Position numbers and translations under genes: made by a program | Shown: one piece after another, positions 25,471-33,290 of the stretch | How positions within the stretch are numbered: the stretch's first letter is position 1 | How the letters are laid out: each line of letters starts with the position of its first letter | The notes under the pieces: generated by a model | Told to the model about the DNA's origin: nothing | The model's database searches: none | Seen by the model: only the letters and a program-made list of their open reading frames with translations | Source of the DNA: Leptospirales bacterium | Lineage (GTDB): Bacteria > Spirochaetota > Leptospiria > Turneriellales > JAOUFE01 | Length of the DNA: 33,290 nucleotides | Assembly (NCBI GenBank): GCA_040326155.1 | Contig: JBEQLE010000046.1 | Location: 1-33,290, forward strand | Direction of reading: 5' to 3'

Positions 25471-25581
25471 GAGGGGGGGCAATGGAAGGTAAGGGCTGCA
25501 CTAGCAGCCCCTAATATGGGAATGTTAACAAGCCCCCCTCGCTACGAATCTTTTTATTAAAAAGATTCGTAGCTACCCCCC
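25471..25581 (-). repeat. Diverged two-hairpin repeat, copy R6, with a perfect 15-bp stem
   Basis: GAGGGGGGGC...GCCCCCCTC outer stem with inner GGGCTGC/GCAGCCC, then GCTACGAATCTTTTT-ATT-AAAAAGATTCGTAGC, then TACCCCCC. Flanks GCCCCCCTCGCT and GCTACCCCCC are shared with 3975-4016. Confidence 0.7.
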
Positions 25582-25684
25582 GACTCCGTAAAAATACATT
25601 TCATCTTTCTGCGATTTTTTCGTTTTAAATATGTTTTTACTACGCCGAAAGGTGCGAAAATACCCATCGTAATTACCACGAAGA

Positions 25685-26278
25685 TTACCAATATTCATCA
25701 TCGGAGAAACGGATGAACTGGATTTGTTTATATTCAGGACTAACGTTCGGTAAAACAGCTAAACCATACAATTTAATACCCAGCCAATAAAAAGCCAACC
25801 GATGAAACCGTCCCGGTTTACCGGTGGACATTCGTTCTAGTTCACTTAAATACCATTCGAGAGCTAAGCGAACCAGATGCGACATGGTTCGATGTAAAAA
25901 ACCTGCAATCATTCGTACGTATAATTCATCATCACCATATAAACACAATTTATGTCGATGTAAATTCTTCTCTACAAGATGGTGCCTGGCTCTTGTTTCC
26001 ATCATCGTGTATTTTTCTCTTTGTTTTTCAGAATTAAAGTTAACCGGATTACTTTTCATGTTATTTCGTTTAATAAAACGAAACAAGCAATATCTTACAA
26101 CCCAGGAATAACTCTTTCCTTTGATGACTGCTATTTGTGAAATTCTCTCCCATGTATCCTGATTCAATCGTATTTCAAGAATATTTGGAATTGGGACACG
26201 AAGTTTATAGTAGGGCTTGTTTTTATTCACCATACTGATGTAATATGTAGAAATTGAATTATTTTTCATAATTATCAA
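25685..26278 (-). CDS. Hypothetical protein with two ribbon-helix-helix-like units (DUF1564-like)
   Basis: LEIRLNQDTWERISQIAVIKGKSYSWVVRYCL and HKLCLYGDDELYVRMIAGFLHRTMSHLVRLALEWY both fit a strand-helix-helix pattern. Confidence 0.6.
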   Translation of the reverse strand: MIIMKNNSISTYYISMVNKNKPYYKLRVPIPNILEIRLNQDTWERISQIAVIKGKSYSWVVRYCLFRFIKRNNMKSNPVNFNSEKQREKYTMMETRARHHLVEKNLHRHKLCLYGDDELYVRMIAGFLHRTMSHLVRLALEWYLSELERMSTGKPGRFHRLAFYWLGIKLYGLAVLPNVSPEYKQIQFIRFSDDEYW

Positions 26279-26744
26279 AAAATATGAATTCTTTATTGTT
26301 TTTTCTTAATTTTTTTCCAATATTTCAAATCGACGATATAATTGCTCAAATCTATTTTTCCTGCAAAAGTTGATGAGAATTTACACACCAAAAATCTTGA
26401 ATTCAAACATCCCACCAGACTAAAATACTTCTGACTTTTAAAAACCTTTGTACTACTTTCTATTTTACGATAGCTTTCATACTACAAACAAAAGCCGTAG
26501 TGCGGTAGCATTCCGCTGTGCGTACTCATGGAATAGCATACCTTTACCCTTCGTGTATACATATGCGGTCGCCTGCCATATCTTATATTCCTAGTAAAGA
26601 AAACCAACTTGATAACACTTGACGGGATGTCTCGCCTCAGCATTCATTTTTCAGGATTTTTATTTCAACTGGAAATTCTTAAAGAATCCTTCGGTAATTA
26701 GAAAAATATGCCGAAAAATTAATCATCAACACAATGGAGTTATC

Positions 26745-27815
26745 ATGTCAAAAAAAATTATTTCTATTATTATCGCCCTGGTCGGTTTGGCCGCATTAAC
26801 AACACATTTAACCGGAGAAACCGGTGGATCTTTTAAACTGATAAAAAAAATGTCAGGTGCGATTGCGCCAAAATCGGTCGTACATTCCGGCAACGGACTT
26901 TTCTTTGCACAGAATATGATGTACCAACATACTATAACTGTTTATAATCGAAAATTTGAATTGGTCAAAACAATATCGGACAAAATAAAACTGTCTGACT
27001 ATGGTTTTAAAGGATATTCTGGTTCTCACCGTGGAGCTCCCGTCGAAGCCGCTTTTTCTCATGGTGGAAAATATGGATGGGTTTCTAATTATAATATGTC
27101 AGGTGTGGGTTTCAACAATGCCGGCCATGACAAATGTTCTCCTAAAGAAAAAACAGATCGCTCTTTTGTTTATCGTGTGAATACCGAAACTTTAGCTATA
27201 GACAAGGTTATAAAAGTTGGTTCCGTACCCAAATATGTTGGCGTTACTCCCAATAATAAGTACGTACTGGTTACAAACTGGTGTACATGGGATGTTTCTA
27301 TTATTGATACTGAGCAAAACAAAGTTATTAAATCGGTGTACCTGGGTCGATACCCTAGAGGCATCGCCATATCCTCTGATTCTAAAACCGCTTATATTGC
27401 AGTAATGGGCTCTTACAATATTGCAATATTGAATCTTGAAACATTTGATGTCAGCTGGATTAAAGGTGTGGGGCGTTCACCAAGACACCTGAATATAAGC
27501 CCAGACGGCAAATTTCTGTATGCCACATTAAACGGAGAAGGTAAAGTAGCTAAAATCAACTTAAGCACAAAAGAAACTCTGAACAAAATTGCAACCGGAA
27601 GCGCACCGCGTAGCATGGTGTTATCCGGTGACGGTTCTTACCTTTATGTCGTGAATTACTTTTCTGATACCGTCAGCAAGGTACGAACGTCAGACATGAA
27701 AGTTCTTGCCACAAGAAAAACCGGCGTACACCCCATAGGAATAACATATGACGCAGGAACAAATCAGGTCTGGGTTTCTTGCTATCGAGCTTTACTTATG
27801 GTTTTTCAAGATTAA
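26745..27815 (+). CDS. Exported YVTN/YncE-type beta-propeller protein
   Basis: RBS GGAG and ATG at 26745, signal peptide, and repeated blades VGSVPKYVGVTPNNKYVLVTN, GRYPRGIAISSDSKTAYIA, GRSPRHLNISPDGKFLYA. Confidence 0.88.
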   Translation: MSKKIISIIIALVGLAALTTHLTGETGGSFKLIKKMSGAIAPKSVVHSGNGLFFAQNMMYQHTITVYNRKFELVKTISDKIKLSDYGFKGYSGSHRGAPVEAAFSHGGKYGWVSNYNMSGVGFNNAGHDKCSPKEKTDRSFVYRVNTETLAIDKVIKVGSVPKYVGVTPNNKYVLVTNWCTWDVSIIDTEQNKVIKSVYLGRYPRGIAISSDSKTAYIAVMGSYNIAILNLETFDVSWIKGVGRSPRHLNISPDGKFLYATLNGEGKVAKINLSTKETLNKIATGSAPRSMVLSGDGSYLYVVNYFSDTVSKVRTSDMKVLATRKTGVHPIGITYDAGTNQVWVSCYRALLMVFQD

Positions 27816-27993
27816 ATTCACTTTAAAAAATATTTAGACGAATCGTGTACAACGATAAAAAACATTATCGTTGTACACGAAAGATGGAAAAGAGAGTTCA
27901 TCTGCCTGGTTTTGGTCTAGGATTCGAATTTTCAAGATGAGAAAATACCCACCTAAAAATCCTAAATTGTAGAATTCCACCAAATTGACACCT

Positions 27994-28524
27994 CTATGAA
28001 CCATTTCTTTGTAGACATAAACCACTGCTACGATCTGTTATCCATCGTCCTACGGGTTTATCCCAGGGTTCCGTCGGTAATTCTTCCACCATTTGCCAGT
28101 CATACCCGATAAACAAAGTTAAATTACGATTGAAATAGTGTAAAAAACGGTCATAAAAACCCCCTCCTCGACCTAAACGATCCCCTTTACTGGTTACAAA
28201 CAGAGCGGGAACGATTACATAATCCAGGTTATAGCCTTTTTCGGGTTTATCTGTCTCTATAGAACGAGGTATAATACGATTTCCCCTGGTTTCCGGTAAA
28301 TAAATATGGATGTTTTTACTTCGTAAAAAATCAAGAACAGGAGGTTCTGAAGGAAAAGAACTATAAGCCATAATTTTCAGGTTTCTATTTTTGTGTGATA
28401 ATAACCAGGTATTTACCTTACGAGCCAGTTTACGGTCGGCAATTTTACGATCCTTTATATTGAATGTTTTATTTGAAATAAAGAATTGTTTTCTTAGTTC
28501 AACTTTTTTATCAATTATATCCAT
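27994..28524 (-). CDS. 5-formyltetrahydrofolate cyclo-ligase
   Basis: KVELRK, LDYVIVPAL...GDRLGRGGGFYDRFL and LPTEPWDKPV motifs. Confidence 0.92.
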   Translation of the reverse strand: MDIIDKKVELRKQFFISNKTFNIKDRKIADRKLARKVNTWLLSHKNRNLKIMAYSSFPSEPPVLDFLRSKNIHIYLPETRGNRIIPRSIETDKPEKGYNLDYVIVPALFVTSKGDRLGRGGGFYDRFLHYFNRNLTLFIGYDWQMVEELPTEPWDKPVGRWITDRSSGLCLQRNGS

Positions 28525-28597
28525 ATTCTATACAATTATATTAAAATTTCCCATATTAGACTTATAAATTTTGGCATTTCTATCGAACATAATATAG

Positions 28598-29641
28598 ATG
28601 AAAACATTCAATATAAAGATTTCCAGTATAATCATTTTCCTGTTGATACCACTCTTTTCAGTTTTCACTGAAAGCAAACCTGTTTTAAAAAAGAGATGGG
28701 TTAGCAATGGGAAATTTACCAAAGTATATATTCCCACTGACTTTCGTCCAGGTAAATTCAGGCGAAAAACATACACAGCAAACAATATGAAGGTTGTATT
28801 GTATGCTGTAAATTTTAAACCAGGAGAACCTGTTTATTTAGAAATCTTTATAACAGACAAACCCGAAAACAGTCAATTTGAAGTTAAGGCGCTTTTTTAC
28901 GGCAAAAAAGTATACCTTACGGAGCATAAATGGGGTTATCGCGGTTTTTTTGGTATCTCCCCAACCAGTAAAGAAGCCGAGGGTAAGCTAACGATAAAAT
29001 GGGGGGTGGGTAAAAAAACAACAGAAAAAAACATCGGCTTTTTTATCTCCGAGGCTGACTTCCCAGAATCAAATACCCCGCTGGAATTAAAAAAGTTTTC
29101 CAATGTTACCAAAAAAAGATCGGAAAAAACCAATAAATTTATCAAACTTTCGCGTGAAAAAAAAAGGAAAGCCCTGGCCAACACAGGTAAAAACCTGATT
29201 ACCAACAAGTTTTCTCACCCCAGGGATATGCACCACATTACATCGGAGTATTGGGCAAAAAGAGTCTATTCTCGATATTATTATAAAAAAGGTGTAAAAA
29301 TAAACGCAAAGTCGAAAACTTCCATACATCGCGGACTCGATTTTCGCGCTTACGAAGGAACACCCATCTTTGTAATTGCCGATGGAAGAATTGTGCTATC
29401 GGACCTTCTCTTTTATGAGGGAAACGCTGTTTTTGTCGACCATGGCAATAAAATATTTTCAGTATACCTTCATATGAGCAAAAGACTGGTCAAAAAAGGG
29501 GATCATGTTAAAGCGGGCTCCCAGCTGGGGGAAGCTGGCTCAACAGGAACAGTAACAGCTGCGCATTTACACCTCGCTGTATACATCAATAGTGTTCCCG
29601 TAAATCCCCTTTCGTTTATTTCTTTGCCGGTTAGGTATTGA
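28598..29641 (+). CDS. M23 family metallopeptidase
   Basis: HRGLD, VDHG...YLH, GSTG.VTAAHLH and VNP motifs, with a signal peptide. Confidence 0.92.
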   Translation: MKTFNIKISSIIIFLLIPLFSVFTESKPVLKKRWVSNGKFTKVYIPTDFRPGKFRRKTYTANNMKVVLYAVNFKPGEPVYLEIFITDKPENSQFEVKALFYGKKVYLTEHKWGYRGFFGISPTSKEAEGKLTIKWGVGKKTTEKNIGFFISEADFPESNTPLELKKFSNVTKKRSEKTNKFIKLSREKKRKALANTGKNLITNKFSHPRDMHHITSEYWAKRVYSRYYYKKGVKINAKSKTSIHRGLDFRAYEGTPIFVIADGRIVLSDLLFYEGNAVFVDHGNKIFSVYLHMSKRLVKKGDHVKAGSQLGEAGSTGTVTAAHLHLAVYINSVPVNPLSFISLPVRY

Positions 29642-29690
29642 TTCTTTAAAGAAAAGGTTGACATTTTAAAGATTTATCAGATTCAAACAT

Positions 29691-30077
29691 ATGTCGATAG
29701 TTTTATTCATATTATTAATACTCAGCGTTATTTTAGTTATTTTCGCTTTTATATACCCCCTGGTTATTGTTTCCATTATATTACAAACCCTGATTGTGGT
29801 ACTGGCGGGATTTATTCTACGTCGGCGAATTAAGAAAAAAATCGGTTATTTCGGAACCTCAATGATAACATTGTTGCATACCAGTTTATTAATTTTAATG
29901 TTCTTTATATTCTTCAGTTACTCACTCAAACAGCATGAAGAAGGTGACATGGACGATATCATGATTGGTTTAAAGCATCGAGTGATGAGAATGGTTGGTA
30001 TGGAACCCGACGAAACACGAAAACCTGATGAATCCACAACGCAAGAAAAAGAAAGCGAAATCGAGGACCCATTCTGA
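29691..30077 (+). CDS. Hypothetical membrane protein
   Basis: Three hydrophobic segments and an acidic tail. Coupled to the next ORF (TGATG). Confidence 0.7.
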   Translation: MSIVLFILLILSVILVIFAFIYPLVIVSIILQTLIVVLAGFILRRRIKKKIGYFGTSMITLLHTSLLILMFFIFFSYSLKQHEEGDMDDIMIGLKHRVMRMVGMEPDETRKPDESTTQEKESEIEDPF

Positions 30078-30445
30078 TGAATATGGAAACTGGTTATTCA
30101 CCGGCTTTTTTACAAAACCGGCTAATTTCAAACATAATCAAAGTTGTCATCTATACATTGTTATATATTTGCCTGCTTTTAAGTTTATTACCATTCGTTG
30201 GTTGGTGGGGTGGAACAGGCGCCGCTGTTTTGTACGCTTTTATATACGTAGCCAAAAAGCTTTCCATTTTTCCAGCCGGAAATATTCATAAAGTTGCCAT
30301 GAATCGCTGGTTGCGATTGAGTATGTATACGGTTTTTATCGGAATTATTTTTTACACAGGTGTCCGTATTTATTCCAATATGAAAGTGAACCTGTTAATA
30401 GCCGAATGCAGTGTTGAACAAGCCAAGTCTGACATTTCAAATTAA
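30077..30445 (+). CDS. Hypothetical membrane protein
   Basis: Three hydrophobic segments. Overlaps the previous stop codon. Confidence 0.6.
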   Translation: MNMETGYSPAFLQNRLISNIIKVVIYTLLYICLLLSLLPFVGWWGGTGAAVLYAFIYVAKKLSIFPAGNIHKVAMNRWLRLSMYTVFIGIIFYTGVRIYSNMKVNLLIAECSVEQAKSDISN

Positions 30446-30458
30446 GCAGGGTTTACAC

Positions 30459-30497
30459 TTACTTCCTGAAAAAAACTGATTCATATTCAGGAAGTAA
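30459..30497. terminator. 12-bp inverted repeat, possible terminator or regulatory hairpin
   Basis: TTACTTCCTGAA-N15-TTCAGGAAGTAA just after the stop at 30445. No clear U-tract. Confidence 0.45.
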
Positions 30498-30562
30498 ATA
30501 TCCAAACTATTTATAGCGAATCATATTCAAAAAAGAAACAAATAATAAACAAAAGAGAGAAA

Positions 30563-31909
30563 ATGAAATTAAATTTAAATTCACCCACACTAAAATTTTC
30601 CGTATCCGGTCTTCGCGGAGTGTATCCCGATGATATTAACCCGGAAAATGCTACGGCCATTATCGCCGCTTTTGAAGCCACCATCGGCAAAGGAGGCATT
30701 GCCATAGCACGCGATAATCGCCCTACCGGCGCCGCCCTGGAGGATATTGTCTCTGGTTCCCTCGCCGCCCTGGGAAGAAACGTTTATAAATGCGGTATTA
30801 TACCAACGCCAACTTTAAAAGCATTCATCAACAAAGAAAAACTGGCCGGAGGAATTATGATCTCAGCCAGCCATAACCCTATTCAGTACAACGCTTTTAA
30901 GTTTATAAAAAAACAAGGTTACTTTTTTGAGAAAACGGAAAACGACAAATTTATAGCAGCCTTAAAGAAAGGTTCCTCCTGGGGTTCTTACCAAAAACAA
31001 GGCAGTTTATACCAGTCCAAAGAAACCTCATCAGCATTGCATATTGAATCTATTTTATCGAATATGCCAAAAGTGCAATCACCCAAGAAAATAAAAGTAG
31101 CCATTGATACACTTGGCGCCTGCGCAACAGATATCGTTCCTATGTTTTTAGACAAAATGAACATACCCTGGGTTTCTCTATTTCCAAAAATATTACCAGG
31201 GTTCCCAAGAGGTCCAGAACCAGTACCCTCCGCATTGAAAAAGTTGGGTAAATTCGTAACCGAAAACAGGTGCGATATTGGTTTTGCTTTTGACCCCGAC
31301 GCTGATCGCCTTGCTCTGGTCAATGCAAATGGACAACCTTTAGGCGAAGAATTAACGTTGCCACTTGCCATGAGCCAGGCTCTACTAACTCAAAAAGGAA
31401 ACGTGGTTGTAAACCTTTCGACTTCCTATTATAATAATATTGTTGCCGAAAGCCTTGGTTCCAAAGTCATTCGCTCAGAAGTGGGCGAAGCCAATGTCGT
31501 ATCTACCATGATCAAATCGAAAGCGATTTTTGGGGGGGAAGGAAACGGTGGAGTCATCGACCCTCAGATACCATCTTTTGGACGCGATTCACTCAGTGGC
31601 ATTGCATGGATACTGCAAATTCTTAGAAGCGGATTATCTATTGATAATATTATTTCGAACTGGCCGCGTTTACATATGAAAAAAATGGCGGTACCCGGAG
31701 ACAAAAAAATGTATAAACTATATGCACAAAAATTGAAAAAAGAGCTGAAAGGGTGGCATCTCGATGTACGCGATGGTTTTCATTTTTCAGCGCCAGGAGG
31801 CCTTCCCTGGATTCATCTACGGCCTTCGAATACCGAGCCAGTCATCCGCATTATTGCCGAAAGCGATAAACCCACCGATATTCAAAAATTATTTTCCTTT
31901 TTTAAGTAG
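30563..31909 (+). CDS. Alpha-D-phosphohexomutase (phosphomannomutase/phosphoglucosamine mutase family)
   Basis: Catalytic SASHNP, metal loop FDPDADR, sugar loop GGEGNGG and phosphate loop RPSNTEP. Confidence 0.93.
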   Translation: MKLNLNSPTLKFSVSGLRGVYPDDINPENATAIIAAFEATIGKGGIAIARDNRPTGAALEDIVSGSLAALGRNVYKCGIIPTPTLKAFINKEKLAGGIMISASHNPIQYNAFKFIKKQGYFFEKTENDKFIAALKKGSSWGSYQKQGSLYQSKETSSALHIESILSNMPKVQSPKKIKVAIDTLGACATDIVPMFLDKMNIPWVSLFPKILPGFPRGPEPVPSALKKLGKFVTENRCDIGFAFDPDADRLALVNANGQPLGEELTLPLAMSQALLTQKGNVVVNLSTSYYNNIVAESLGSKVIRSEVGEANVVSTMIKSKAIFGGEGNGGVIDPQIPSFGRDSLSGIAWILQILRSGLSIDNIISNWPRLHMKKMAVPGDKKMYKLYAQKLKKELKGWHLDVRDGFHFSAPGGLPWIHLRPSNTEPVIRIIAESDKPTDIQKLFSFFK

Positions 31910-31968
31910 GCGAAATAGAGACAGTTTAGTATATTACGGTTAACTAATATAGCGATTTGGAGGGCCAT

Positions 31969-32328
31969 ATGGTAGAAAATTTAAACAATGAAACTTTTAA
32001 ATCAAAAGTATTCAATTATGAAAACAGTAAAGACTGGAAATACGAAGGAAGCAAGCCGGCGCTAATCGATTTTTACGCCGACTGGTGCGGACCATGTAAA
32101 ACAGTTGCTCCTCTTTTGGACGAATTAGCAGATGAATACAAAGGAAAGGTCGATTTTTATAAGATCGATACCGAGAAAGAACAACAACTAGCAGGGCTCT
32201 TTGGCGTACAAAGTATTCCCTCACTTTTGTTTGTTCCTATGGATGAAAAACCACAAATGGCTGTTGGAGCTTTGCCGAAAAATGCAATGAAAGACGCTAT
32301 ATCTAAAGTACTCGGAGTAGAAGATTAA
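31969..32328 (+). CDS. trxA: Thioredoxin
   Basis: DFYADWCGPCK active site. RBS GGAGGG before the ATG at 31969. Confidence 0.93.
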   Translation: MVENLNNETFKSKVFNYENSKDWKYEGSKPALIDFYADWCGPCKTVAPLLDELADEYKGKVDFYKIDTEKEQQLAGLFGVQSIPSLLFVPMDEKPQMAVGALPKNAMKDAISKVLGVED

Positions 32329-32333
32329 TTCTT

Positions 32334-33290
32334 CTACTCTTCTTTAAATTCCGTAACATTTTTACCCTGAACAGCGCAAAGCGAAATTCCATCGGTGAAG
32401 TCACCTTCGAGAATTTTTCTGGCAAGTGGGTTTACAATCACCTCTTCTAATTTTCGTTTCAAAGGACGAGCTCCATAAACAGGGTCATAACCACTTTCGA
32501 TAATCGCCTCTTTTAGTTTTTCATCGACAGACAAATGTATCCCTTTTAGAGCGGCTCGTTCAACGATTTTTGCCAGGTGAATATCAAAGATTTCTTTTAA
32601 ATGGGTTTTTTCTATGGGGTGAAAGATTGTGGTGCTGTCCAGGCGATTTAAGAATTCTGGCTTAAACTGCGCTTTCAAAGCCGCCAGCACACCCTCTTTC
32701 TTTTCATCCTCAGACAAATCACTGTCAGATAAAAACCTCGAACCCAGGTTTGATGTCATCACTAAAATTGTATTCTTAAAATTGATAGTCCTTCCTTTGG
32801 AATCGGTCAGACGACCATCATCAAATATTTGCAAAAAAAGATTAAATACATCCGGATGCGCTTTTTCGATCTCGTCAAATAAAATTACGGAGTACGGCCT
32901 GCGTTTTACGGCTTCGGTCAACTGGCCACCTTCGTCATACCCAACATAGCCGGGAGGCGCTCCAATTAATCGGGCCACGGAGTGTTTTTCCATATATTCG
33001 GTCATATCAAAACGTAGTAAAGCTTTTTCATCGTCAAATAAAAACCGCGCCAAAGCCCTGGCTGTTTCCGTTTTACCCACCCCGGTCGGCCCTAAGAATA
33101 AAAACGAACCAATAGGTCGGCCCTCTTCTGAAAGCCCCGCCCTGCTACGTCGAATTGCCTCAGCTACATTTACAATAGCTTCGTCTTGCCCGACGACCCA
33201 TTTGTGCAACTCTTTTTCAATGTGTAAAAGCTTTTGTTTTTCACTTTCAAGCATTTTAGTAACAGGAATATTTGTCCATTGTGACACAAT
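32334..33290 (-). CDS. clpB: ATP-dependent chaperone ClpB, C-terminal part (runs off the window)
   Basis: VSQWTNIPVTKMLESEKQKLL, VVGQDEA, FLFLGPTGVGKTE, DMTEYMEKHSVARLIGAPPGYVGYDEGGQLTEAV and YGARPLKR. Confidence 0.95.
   Translation of the reverse strand: MVSQWTNIPVTKMLESEKQKLLHIEKELHKWVVGQDEAIVNVAEAIRRSRAGLSEEGRPIGSFLFLGPTGVGKTETARALARFLFDDEKALLRFDMTEYMEKHSVARLIGAPPGYVGYDEGGQLTEAVKRRPYSVILFDEIEKAHPDVFNLFLQIFDDGRLTDSKGRTINFKNTILVMTSNLGSRFLSDSDLSEDEKKEGVLAALKAQFKPEFLNRLDSTTIFHPIEKTHLKEIFDIHLAKIVERAALKGIHLSVDEKLKEAIIESGYDPVYGARPLKRKLEEVIVNPLARKILEGDFTDGISLCAVQGKNVTEFKEE

Noticed and set aside
26480..26585. GC-richer intergenic patch as a riboswitch or ncRNA
   Set aside because: I could not identify any riboswitch consensus or convincing extended pairing by eye. 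An Rfam scan would be needed.
27834..28025. 63-aa ORF downstream of the cyclo-ligase
   Set aside because: No recognisable motif, and it overlaps the upstream gene end. I cannot support it.
28525..28597. 6S RNA upstream of 5-formyl-THF cyclo-ligase (a common linkage)
   Set aside because: Only 73 AT-rich bp separate it from the divergent M23 gene, too short for a 6S RNA.

Overview
Bacterial, AT-rich window. The gspD/E/F, lipobox-like signals and a DUF1564-like RHH protein suggest a spirochaete (Leptospirales-like), which is inference only. The window has two parts. (1) Positions 1-16.4 kb, on the 3' side of a tRNA-Lys/tRNA-Glu pair, are a heavily reshuffled accessory region. It holds a SAM-methyltransferase-HNH nuclease fusion plus a truncated diverged copy, a phage-type divergent HTH switch, and attC-like hairpins bounding cassette-like units, one carrying a thaumatin-like protein. 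It also holds a PAS-only gene array with no output domain, secreted hypotheticals, a stand-alone FliF/YscJ-type ring domain, two toxin-antitoxin loci whose toxins are both broken, an ankyrin protein and several pseudogene stubs. A modular two-hairpin repeat family occurs six times in the window, five of them here. (2) Positions 16.5-33.3 kb are mostly housekeeping: GT9 glycosyltransferase, gspF-gspE-gspD, tRNA-Asp followed by an interrupted duplicate of its own 3' end and a small TetR islet, sulfotransferase, YVTN beta-propeller, 5-formyl-THF cyclo-ligase, M23 peptidase, phosphohexomutase, thioredoxin and the 3' part of clpB. I could not see an integrase, transposase, reverse transcriptase or CRISPR array. 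All family assignments come from motif recognition by eye, not from database searches.
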